Positions 1 through 8,185 of a stretch of DNA of 64,000 nt are shown here, in pieces; positions within the stretch are counted from its first letter, which is position 1; every line of letters starts with the position of its first letter. The notes under the pieces were generated by a model that was given only the letters and a program-made list of their open reading frames with translations, was not told the DNA's origin and ran no database searches. The position numbers and the translations under genes are program-made. The DNA lies in NCBI GenBank assembly GCA_963664435.2, contig CAXXKM010000001.1, positions 1,184,001 through 1,248,000 of the forward strand. Reading direction: 5' to 3'. This DNA comes from Longimicrobiales bacterium. GTDB taxonomy: Bacteria > Gemmatimonadota > Gemmatimonadetes > Longimicrobiales > Gaopeijiaceae.

Positions 1-71
1 CGGTGGTGCATCGTGACATAGATGAGCACCCCGGCCAAGGGGGCCAGCAGCGCTGAGACGATAGGGAGCAT
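1..71 (-). CDS. Possible N-terminus of a membrane protein running off the window edge (MLPIVSALLAPLAGVLIYVTMHH...)
   Basis: ATG at 71 on the minus strand followed by a hydrophobic helix; divergent from cassette 1; only about 23 codons visible. Confidence 0.4.
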   Translation of the reverse strand, partial: MLPIVSALLAPLAGVLIYVTMHH

Positions 72-168
72 GGGCTACAACATTAGCGGTTTCGTCTGCT
101 TGCGCGGAGGACCCCCGAGGGCTATTCCTCTACGGTTAGGCGTCTTCAGGATCGTGGAGAGGAATGTC

Positions 169-2634
169 ATGCGCGCAATCGCGGCATCCGGGCTCATCTC
201 GGGACTTCTGCTGGCGAGCGGAAGCAGTTTCGTCGGCCCGGGTGCGTCCGGGCCCGATCGGGAACCGGCGACAGGCTTGGTCCGGCCCCATTCCGCCATC
301 GCCAGCCACGGCTCCGGCACCATTTCCAACGACGAGCTCACCGCCGTGGTGGTACGCTACTGCCAGGTGTGCCACAACGACTTTCTCCAGACCGGCAACC
401 TTTCCCTGATCGGCTTCGACGTCGCCGCCGCCTCGAGCGCGCCGGAGACGGCCGAGAAGATGATCCAGAAGCTGCGGGCCGAAATGATGCCGCCCCCGGG
501 GATCCCGCGTCCGGGGGGCGACACCCTCCGGATGCTGGTCGAGACCCTCGAGGCCAACATGGACCGGGCGGCCGCCGAAGCCCCCAACCCGGGCGGCCGG
601 ACCTTCCAGAGGCTGAACCGGGCCGAGTACCAGAGTTCCATCCGCGACCTTCTCGAGATGGATATCGACGCGGCCGACTTCCTGCCGCTCGACACCAAGA
701 GCGCGAACTTCGACAACATCGCCGACGTGCAGGCGCTCTCGCCGACGCTCCTGAGCGCCTATCTCAAGGCGGCCAGCGAAATCTCGCGCCTCGCGGTCGG
801 CAACCCGCTCGCGGGGAACCAGGAGACCACCTACCGCATCCCCCGGCTGGCTTCCCAGCGGGAGCGGGTGCCGGGCGCGCCCTATGGATCGCGCGGCGGC
901 ACCTCGGTGGTACACAACTTCCCTGCCGACGGGACCTACGAGTTCAGCGTATCGTTCCACTACTCGCCGGAAGGCTACCTGTTCGGCCGCAACGAACCCG
1001 GCGAACAGGTCGACATCTCGATCGACGGCGAGCAGGTCGCACTGCTGCCGATCGACCGATTCATGGGCGAGGTCGATCCCGGCGGAAAGGGCCTGATCCT
1101 CGAGACCGGCCCCATCCAGGTGCGCGCCGGTCCCCACCGTGTCTCCGCGGTCTTCATCCCCACGGAGCGCGGCCCGGTGGACGACCTCTTCTCCGCGCAC
1201 GGCCACAGCATCGCCGACACCCAGATCGGCATCGGCTACGGGCTCTCCATGCCGCCCCACATCCGTGACCTGGTGATCAAGGGACCGGCCAGGGTGACGG
1301 GCGTTTCGGACACCCCCAGCCGCCGCAGGATCTTCTCCTGCCGTCCCACCGGGGCGGACGAGGTCCGGCCGTGTGCCCGCACCATCATCGAGCGGGTCGC
1401 GACCGACGCCTACCGCAGGCCGGTGGATGACGCGGACCTGGCCGGCCTCATGGCCTTCTACGACCAGGGCGCACAGGAGTCCGGCTTCGAAGGCGGGATC
1501 CGCTACGCGCTGGAGGCGATCCTGGCGAGCCCACACTTCATCTTCCGCTTCGAGGAGTGGCCGGAGGGGGTGGAGCCGGGCGAGACCTACCGCATCAGCG
1601 ACGTCGACCTGGCCTCCCGCCTCTCCTTCTTCCTGTGGGCCTCGCCTCCGGACCAGGAGCTGGCGGCCCTGGCGCGCGCCAACCGGCTTTCCGGCCGCGT
1701 GCTGCGCGAACAAACGCTGCGCATGCTGGCCGATCCCCGCTCGAGCGCGCTCAGCAGCCGCTTCGCCGCGCAGTGGCTGCGCCTCTCGGATCTGGAGAAG
1801 CTGAACCCGGACATGGTGCTCTTCCCGGACTACGACCAGCAGCTCGCCGATGCGCTCATTCGCGAGACCGAGCTGTTCTTCGACCACCTCTTCCAGGAAG
1901 ACCGGCCCGTCACCGAGTTCATCACCGCCGACTACACCTTCATCAACGAGCGCCTGGCCAACCACTACGGGATTCCCGGGGTGGTGGGCGAGGAGTTCCG
2001 CAAGGTGCAGTACCCGACGGAACGGCGCCGCGGCGTCTTCGGGCACGGCAGCGTCCTCGCGCAGAGTTCGCTCGCCAACCGCACTTCCCCGGTTCTGCGC
2101 GGGAAGTGGGTGATGGAGGTCATCCTCGGCACGCCGCCTCCTCCTCCGCCCCCGGGCATACCCGACCTCGACGAGACCGAGGGTTCCGAGGGCACGCGCA
2201 TGCTCACTACGCGCGAGCGCATGGAGATCCACCGCGCCAACGTCGTCTGCAACGCCTGCCATCAGTTCATGGATCCAATCGGGCTGGCGCTCGACAACTT
2301 CGACGTCACGGGCCGCTGGCGCATTCGCGAGAACGGCATCGCGCTCGACACCCGGGGCCAGCTCTACGACGGCACGCCGCTCACCAGCCCCACCGACCTG
2401 CACGAAACGATGCTGCGGCTGAGAACGCCGGTGTTGCGCAACTTCACGGCGAACCTGATGGCCTACGCCCTGGGACGCCGCGTGGAATACTACGACATGC
2501 CCGCCGTGCGCCGAATCGTGCAGCGGGCCGAAGAAGACGACTATCGTCCTTCCGAGTTCGTCCTCGGCATCGTCGAGAGCGATGCCTTCCGCATGCGCAA
2601 GGCGGCGGAACTGGCTACCGAAGCACAACGCTGA
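169..2634 (+). CDS. Cassette 1 gene A: secreted di-haem c protein, DUF1587/1595/1592/1588/1585 (PSD) family
   Basis: RBS GGAGAGGA before ATG 169; signal peptide; CQVCH and MMPPP; RLNRAEY, LASRLSFFLW, TSPVLRGKWV, poly-Pro, CNACH, LMAYALGR motifs. Confidence 0.9.
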   Translation: MRAIAASGLISGLLLASGSSFVGPGASGPDREPATGLVRPHSAIASHGSGTISNDELTAVVVRYCQVCHNDFLQTGNLSLIGFDVAAASSAPETAEKMIQKLRAEMMPPPGIPRPGGDTLRMLVETLEANMDRAAAEAPNPGGRTFQRLNRAEYQSSIRDLLEMDIDAADFLPLDTKSANFDNIADVQALSPTLLSAYLKAASEISRLAVGNPLAGNQETTYRIPRLASQRERVPGAPYGSRGGTSVVHNFPADGTYEFSVSFHYSPEGYLFGRNEPGEQVDISIDGEQVALLPIDRFMGEVDPGGKGLILETGPIQVRAGPHRVSAVFIPTERGPVDDLFSAHGHSIADTQIGIGYGLSMPPHIRDLVIKGPARVTGVSDTPSRRRIFSCRPTGADEVRPCARTIIERVATDAYRRPVDDADLAGLMAFYDQGAQESGFEGGIRYALEAILASPHFIFRFEEWPEGVEPGETYRISDVDLASRLSFFLWASPPDQELAALARANRLSGRVLREQTLRMLADPRSSALSSRFAAQWLRLSDLEKLNPDMVLFPDYDQQLADALIRETELFFDHLFQEDRPVTEFITADYTFINERLANHYGIPGVVGEEFRKVQYPTERRRGVFGHGSVLAQSSLANRTSPVLRGKWVMEVILGTPPPPPPPGIPDLDETEGSEGTRMLTTRERMEIHRANVVCNACHQFMDPIGLALDNFDVTGRWRIRENGIALDTRGQLYDGTPLTSPTDLHETMLRLRTPVLRNFTANLMAYALGRRVEYYDMPAVRRIVQRAEEDDYRPSEFVLGIVESDAFRMRKAAELATEAQR

Positions 2635-2690
2635 AGGCAGACCAAGAGACAGTTAGGCAGGGTACATCCCGTCACCGACAGGAGCACGAC

Positions 2691-4112
2691 ATGAAGTTCA
2701 TCACCGGAACCCACATTCCTCGACGGACATTCCTGCGAGGGTCGGGGATCGCGCTCGCGCTGCCCCTTCTCGACAGCATGATCCCGGCGGGCAGGCTCTG
2801 GGGCGACGCGGCCAGCGAAGTGCAGAAGCCGCGCCTGATCGCCATCGAGAACTCGCACGGAGCCGCGGGGAGCAACGAGTGGGGGGCAACCCAGAACCTT
2901 TGGGCTCCGGCGAAGCTGGGTCGCGACTTCGATCTGAGCCCGAGCGCGCTCAAGCCGCTCGAGGCCTTCCAGGATCGCCTGACGATCATCAGCAACACCG
3001 ATGTTCGCCAAGCGGAGGCCTTCGCGCCGAAGGAGATCGGGGCCGACCACTTCCGGTCCAGCGCCACCTTCCTGACCCAGGCGCATCCCCGGCGCACCGA
3101 GGGCTCCGACGTCTACGTCGGCACCTCGATGGATCAGCTCTTCGCCCAGCGCTTCGGCCAGGAGACCGCGATTCCCTCCATGCAGCTCTGCATTGAGAAC
3201 GTGGACCAGTCGGGCGGCTGCTCGTACGGGTACGCCTGCGCGTACACGGACTCCATCAGTTGGGCCTCTCCGACCGATCCGCTGCCCATGACCCGGGATC
3301 CCCGCGTGGCCTTCGACCAGCTCTTCGGAGCCGGGGGAACGCCCGAGGAGCGGGCGCGGCGGCGGCAAACCCAGAAGAGCATCCTGGACTGGGTGACCGA
3401 AGAAGTCGCGCGCCTGCGCACCGCGCTCCCGCCCGAGGACCGAATCCGGATGGAGCACTATCTGGAGGACGTGCGCGAGCTGGAGCGGCGCATCGAGCGG
3501 ACCGAGGCGCGCAACACGAGCGGATTCGAGCGCGAGCTGCCCGAGGCCCCGGTCGGCGTCCCGGACTCCTACACCGAGCATGTGCAGATGATGTTCGACC
3601 TGCAGGCGCTCGCCTTCCAGACCGACATGACCCGCGTCTTCTCGCTCAAGATGAGCCGCGACGTATCGTCCCGCGTCTTCCCCGAGAGCGGCTGCGAAGG
3701 CGGCTTCCACCCGCAGTCGCACGCTTCCGGCAACGAGGGCGTGCTGGGCTTCTACCAGATCAACCAGTACCACGTGGGTCTGCTGCCGTACCTGCTCGAG
3801 AAGCTCAACAACACGGCGGAAGTGGACGGCACGTTGCTCGACAACACGATGGTCGTCTACGGATCCCCCATGGGCGACGGCAACCTTCACAACCACCGGC
3901 GCGTGCCCTTCATCGTAGTGGGCGGACAGTCCATGGGGCTCGAGGGCGGGGTCCACGTCAAGGCCCCGGACGGTACGCCGCTGGCCAATGCCATGCTCAC
4001 CCTCCTCCACAAGCTGGGGCGGGACGACCTCGACAGCTTCGGCGACAGCACCGGCGAGATGCTGATGTCGCTCCCGACCTCCTACGCCGACGAAGTCAGT
4101 TCGAGTTCGTAG
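2691..4112 (+). CDS. Cassette 1 gene B: Tat-exported DUF1552 (HXXSHH) family protein
   Basis: RBS AGGAG before ATG 2691; RRTFLRG twin-arginine signal; CSYGYACAY; HPQSHA variant of HxxSHH; TLLDNTMVVYGSPMGDGNLHNH; FGDSTG. Confidence 0.9.
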   Translation: MKFITGTHIPRRTFLRGSGIALALPLLDSMIPAGRLWGDAASEVQKPRLIAIENSHGAAGSNEWGATQNLWAPAKLGRDFDLSPSALKPLEAFQDRLTIISNTDVRQAEAFAPKEIGADHFRSSATFLTQAHPRRTEGSDVYVGTSMDQLFAQRFGQETAIPSMQLCIENVDQSGGCSYGYACAYTDSISWASPTDPLPMTRDPRVAFDQLFGAGGTPEERARRRQTQKSILDWVTEEVARLRTALPPEDRIRMEHYLEDVRELERRIERTEARNTSGFERELPEAPVGVPDSYTEHVQMMFDLQALAFQTDMTRVFSLKMSRDVSSRVFPESGCEGGFHPQSHASGNEGVLGFYQINQYHVGLLPYLLEKLNNTAEVDGTLLDNTMVVYGSPMGDGNLHNHRRVPFIVVGGQSMGLEGGVHVKAPDGTPLANAMLTLLHKLGRDDLDSFGDSTGEMLMSLPTSYADEVSSSS

Positions 4113-4197
4113 TCGAGAGAGGAGACGCTGGAACGAGCATCACTCACAGCCGGCTGACGGGCACGGAACCGAGAATGCGCACACGGAAGGAGAGCCG

Positions 4198-5985
4198 ATG
4201 AAGGCCGCATGGAAGATCAACCTGGTGTGTCTGACGCTGCTGATCTCGGCAGCCGTCCCGCCGGATTCGCCGGTAGCCGACGCGGCCATGCGCGGCGATG
4301 CCGACGAGGTGCGCGAGCTGCTGCGCACGGGGGCGGACGTAAACGCGGCCCAGGGCGACGGCATGACCGCGCTCCACTGGGCGGCGGATAACGGCCAGAC
4401 CGAACTGGCCGACGTCCTCGTGTTTGCGGGGGCTAACCTGGAGGCCACCACCCGGCTGGGCGGCTTCACGCCCCTCATGGTGGCCAGCCGCGCGGGCCAC
4501 GCCGGCATCGTGCGTCTGCTCGCGAATGCGGGCGCCAACCTCGAGGCGACCACCGAGACCGGCGAGACCGCGCTCCACTACGCCGCCTGGTCGGGCAACC
4601 CGGAGATCGCGGTGGCCCTGGCGGAGAAGGGCGCAGATGTCGACGTCCGGGAATCCGCCAACGGCCAGACCCCGCTCATGTTCGCCGCCGCCTACGGCCG
4701 GACCGACATGGTGGGCACGCTCCTCGAGGCGGGAGCGGACCCGTCGATCCAGACCAACGTGATCGACTATCCGGCCATGGCCCGCGAGGACCGCGAACTC
4801 ATCAAGCAACGGGACGCACGCCTCTCCGCTCTCTTTGGTGAAGACATCATTTCGGACACGCCCGTGGACGGAACCCGGGAGGACGACGACGAGGAGGAAG
4901 ACGACGAAGCGGAGGAGGAGGCCGAAGAGGAAGAGGATCGGCCGGCCGGGAGCGCCGCGACCCGCGGGCAGACCCGGGCCCGGTTGTCCTACGACCAGCT
5001 GGTCGGCAGGCAGGGCGGCAACACCGCGCTGCACTACGCGGTCCGCGAAGGCCACCACGACGTCGTCAAGACCCTCCTGGAAGGCGGCGCCGACATCGAC
5101 CGGATCACCGGCGGCGACCTGAGTTCCCCCCTGCTCATGGCGACCCTGAACGGGCACTTCGACCTCGCCATGTGGCTGCTGGAACAGGGCGCCGACCCCA
5201 ACCTGCAGAGCGATCCGGGAGCGACGCCCCTCTACGCCGCCGTCCACCTGCAGTGGGTTCCCAAGTCCTTCTACCCGCAGCCCACCGCGATCAAGCAGGA
5301 GAACACCACCTACCTGGAGCTCATGAAGGCGCTGCTCGACGCGGGCGCCGACCCCAACGTGCGGCTGCAGCGCCACCTCTGGTACACCTCCTTCAACCAC
5401 AACGTCCTGGGCGTCGACACCTGGGGCGCCACGCCCTTCTGGCGCGCGGCCTACGGCACCGACGTGGACGCGATGAGGCTGCTGGTTGCGTACGGAGCCG
5501 ACTACACCACCCCCACCTTCCGCCCGCCGGGACGTCCCGCGACCGGAAACGGCCGCGACGACAGCGAGAAGAAGCCGGATCCATCGGGGCTGCCCGAGGT
5601 GGCGATCGGAGGCCCGGGCGTGCAGCCCATCCACGCGGCCTCCGGAGTCGGCTATGGCCTGGGCCTGGCCGGCAACGCCCATCGCCACGCCCCCAACGGC
5701 TGGCTCCCGTCGGTGCGCTACCTGATCGAGGAGCTGGGCGCGGACGTGAACGCGCGCGACTACAACGGTTTCTCCCCCCTGCACAACGCGGCGGCCCGCG
5801 GAGACCGCGAGCTGATCGAGTACCTGGTCGGGCGCGGCGCGGACGTCACCGTGCTCACGCGCAAGGGCGAGACCACCGCCGACATGGCCAACGGTCCGGT
5901 GCAGCGCGTCACCGTCTTCCCGGAGATCGTCGCGCTGCTTGAGAGGCTGGGCTCGGAGAACAACGACAACTGCGTGTCCTGCTGA
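4198..5985 (+). CDS. Cassette 1 gene C: secreted ankyrin-repeat protein with acidic insert and terminal CxxC
   Basis: Signal peptide; repeated G-T(A/P)LH/LM-AA ankyrin motifs; DDDEEEDDEAEEE tract; ends NNDNCVSC*. Confidence 0.9.
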   Translation: MKAAWKINLVCLTLLISAAVPPDSPVADAAMRGDADEVRELLRTGADVNAAQGDGMTALHWAADNGQTELADVLVFAGANLEATTRLGGFTPLMVASRAGHAGIVRLLANAGANLEATTETGETALHYAAWSGNPEIAVALAEKGADVDVRESANGQTPLMFAAAYGRTDMVGTLLEAGADPSIQTNVIDYPAMAREDRELIKQRDARLSALFGEDIISDTPVDGTREDDDEEEDDEAEEEAEEEEDRPAGSAATRGQTRARLSYDQLVGRQGGNTALHYAVREGHHDVVKTLLEGGADIDRITGGDLSSPLLMATLNGHFDLAMWLLEQGADPNLQSDPGATPLYAAVHLQWVPKSFYPQPTAIKQENTTYLELMKALLDAGADPNVRLQRHLWYTSFNHNVLGVDTWGATPFWRAAYGTDVDAMRLLVAYGADYTTPTFRPPGRPATGNGRDDSEKKPDPSGLPEVAIGGPGVQPIHAASGVGYGLGLAGNAHRHAPNGWLPSVRYLIEELGADVNARDYNGFSPLHNAAARGDRELIEYLVGRGADVTVLTRKGETTADMANGPVQRVTVFPEIVALLERLGSENNDNCVSC

Positions 5986-6013
5986 CGGACTGGAGGTTCT
6001 TCCAAGAGGACGA

Positions 6014-8053
6014 TTGTCCGGAAAAACAGTAATGATCTTCGCCGGCGCCGCGGCCGTTCTGGTCGCGGCGCTGGTGGTTTTCTACGGCCCCACGCGTGCA
6101 ACCTCGCCCCAGTTGCGCCCCGGGCTTCCGATCGACGCGCTGGCCGAGACCGTGTGGATCGAAGAGTTCGACATCTCGCCCGATGGCGGTCTCCTCGTCT
6201 TCAAGTCCGCCGCGGGCGGGTCCTACGACCTCTGGACCGTGCCCACCGCGGGAGGCGCACCCACGCGCATCACCGGGATGGCGGGCCGCGAGATGGCACC
6301 GCGCTTCAGCCCCGACGGGCGCTGGATCGCCTTCGAGGCCGACTTCGGTGGAACCGATGTGCGCGACATCTACGTGGTGCCCTCCGGCGGCGGGGAGCCC
6401 ACGCGCCTGACCGACCACCCGCTGAGCGACGCCGGCATCTCCTGGGCGCCCGACAGCCGCCGCGTCTACTTCAACACCAGCATGTTCTGGGACAACTCGG
6501 TCGCGGCGGTGGACATCGAGACCGGCGGGATCGAGCGGGTCGGGCCGGGGGGCAGCGGTCAGCTGTCCGCCGACGGCGCCATGTTCGCCTTCACCCGCAA
6601 CACCCGCCCGCAGGACGACGCCCAGAGCAACCAGGACATCTGGATCATGCCGGCGGCGGGCGGGGACGCGCGCGCCCTCACCCCGGGCACCTTCGACTGG
6701 CGCGACACCGAGCCGCGCTGGTCCCCCGACGGCACCCGCCTGGCCTTCGTCTCCGACCGCAACGGCTTCAACAACCTGGGCGTGCTGGACGCGGCCACCG
6801 GCGAAGCCACCATGCTGCTCACCGAGGACGTCGAGCACAGCGAGCCGCGCTGGTCCCCGGACGGCCGCTGGATCTCCTTCACCCGTAACCTCGACTACGA
6901 GTACCACATCTTCCGCATCCCCGCCGAAGGCGGAGAACCGGAGCAGCTCACCCACGCCACCGGGGTCAACGGCGGGTCGCGGGCCACCGGCCAGACGCGC
7001 GGCGGCCACCTCTGGCACCCGGACGGCGAGCACATCGTCTACACCCATTCGGGGCCTTCGCGGACCGGAGACCTCTGGATCCTGCCGGTCGAGGGCGGCG
7101 AGCCGCGCCGGATCACCGACCACCAGCACCCGGCCCTCGGCGACCCCGAGCTGTTCGTCGAGCCGGAGTTCATCGAGTACACCAGCTTCGACGGCCTTGA
7201 AGTTGCCGGGCTGGTCTACAAGCCGAAGGGCGCCAGCGCCGGCGATCGCCTCCCGGCCCTCTTCTTCTTCCGCGCCAACTCCAACGGGCAGCACCCGAAG
7301 CAGTGGCATCCGTACATCCAGTATTTCGTGAGCCGCGGCTATCTGGTCTTCGCGCCCAACTTCCGCGGCAGCACCGGACGGGGAAAGGCGTACCGGCAGG
7401 CCGTGCACACCCACGGGGGCGACCGCGACCTGCGCGACGCCTTCGCCGGCATGGACCTGCTCGCCGGGCAGGGCTGGGTGGACCCGGAGCGGGTGGGCGC
7501 CTTCGGGGGCTCGACCGGCGGCTTCTACACCACGACCGCGGTCACCAAGGATCCCGGCCGCTTCCGCGCGGGCATCGTCTGGTACGGCTCGACCGACCTG
7601 GTGACGCTGTCGACCTACGGCGGCATGGAGGGATGGAACCGGTTCCTGATCGGCCGCACGCCGATGGAGAACCCGCGCAACTACTACGAGCGCTCCATCA
7701 TCTACCACGCCGACGAAATCGATGTCCCGCTCCTGTTCCTGTACGCCCAGGGGGACGGGGCAGCGCGCTTCCAGCAGATCGAGCAGTACGGCATCCAGGC
7801 CGAGATCCACGGCAACTGGTACGACTGGGTCGTTTACGGCGGCGAGCCGCACGGCTGGTATCACTGGGGCCCCGCGAGCGTCGGGCAGTCGCTCGAGATC
7901 ATGAGCGCGATGTTCGACACCTTCATCCTCGGCGACGAACACGACGTTCACGCGATGGCGCGGACCCAGCGCGAAGGCATCCGGATCCAGCGCAACCCGA
8001 CCATCGAACTCTGGAACTCCCTGGTAAACGGCCAACCCCCGGGCGGAGGCTGA
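6014..8053 (+). CDS. S9 (prolyl oligopeptidase / acylaminoacyl peptidase) family protein with PD40 beta-propeller
   Basis: N-terminal hydrophobic segment; repeated PRWSPDG; NFRGSTGRG; nucleophile GGSTGG; QGD and GEPHG triad positions. Start is TTG 6014 or ATG 6032. Confidence 0.88.
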   Translation: MSGKTVMIFAGAAAVLVAALVVFYGPTRATSPQLRPGLPIDALAETVWIEEFDISPDGGLLVFKSAAGGSYDLWTVPTAGGAPTRITGMAGREMAPRFSPDGRWIAFEADFGGTDVRDIYVVPSGGGEPTRLTDHPLSDAGISWAPDSRRVYFNTSMFWDNSVAAVDIETGGIERVGPGGSGQLSADGAMFAFTRNTRPQDDAQSNQDIWIMPAAGGDARALTPGTFDWRDTEPRWSPDGTRLAFVSDRNGFNNLGVLDAATGEATMLLTEDVEHSEPRWSPDGRWISFTRNLDYEYHIFRIPAEGGEPEQLTHATGVNGGSRATGQTRGGHLWHPDGEHIVYTHSGPSRTGDLWILPVEGGEPRRITDHQHPALGDPELFVEPEFIEYTSFDGLEVAGLVYKPKGASAGDRLPALFFFRANSNGQHPKQWHPYIQYFVSRGYLVFAPNFRGSTGRGKAYRQAVHTHGGDRDLRDAFAGMDLLAGQGWVDPERVGAFGGSTGGFYTTTAVTKDPGRFRAGIVWYGSTDLVTLSTYGGMEGWNRFLIGRTPMENPRNYYERSIIYHADEIDVPLLFLYAQGDGAARFQQIEQYGIQAEIHGNWYDWVVYGGEPHGWYHWGPASVGQSLEIMSAMFDTFILGDEHDVHAMARTQREGIRIQRNPTIELWNSLVNGQPPGGG

Positions 8054-8185
8054 TTGCCGGCCATTCCGCTTGATCCCGGCGAGTCCGGGACCTATTGTGG
8101 GGTTTGCTTCCCCAAGGGGTGGGGGAGTTCTATACCTCCGGGCTGACATACGGCCCTGTTTCCTGTTCGCAGCAGAGGAGGCCAG

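Noticed and set aside
919..1275. Diversity-generating retroelement behind the variable loops
   Set aside because: No reverse transcriptase or template repeat in the window; the variation includes indels and is not adenine-specific
1557..2690. N-terminal extensions in the ORF track (also ORFs starting at 10000, 33784, 44390, 42988, 49600)
   Set aside because: They overlap neighbouring genes or intergenic DNA; RBS and signal peptides support the downstream starts
4198..5985. Ankyrins as eukaryote-like host-interaction effectors
   Set aside because: Fixed operon position, Sec-type signals and conserved His/Cys motifs favour a role within the cassette; the host context cannot be seen from the sequence
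5977..5990. Selenocysteine read-through at TGA after the terminal CxxC of the ankyrin genes
   Set aside because: Copy 3 ends in TAG at the same position, downstream sequences are not conserved and no common SECIS-like hairpin is evident
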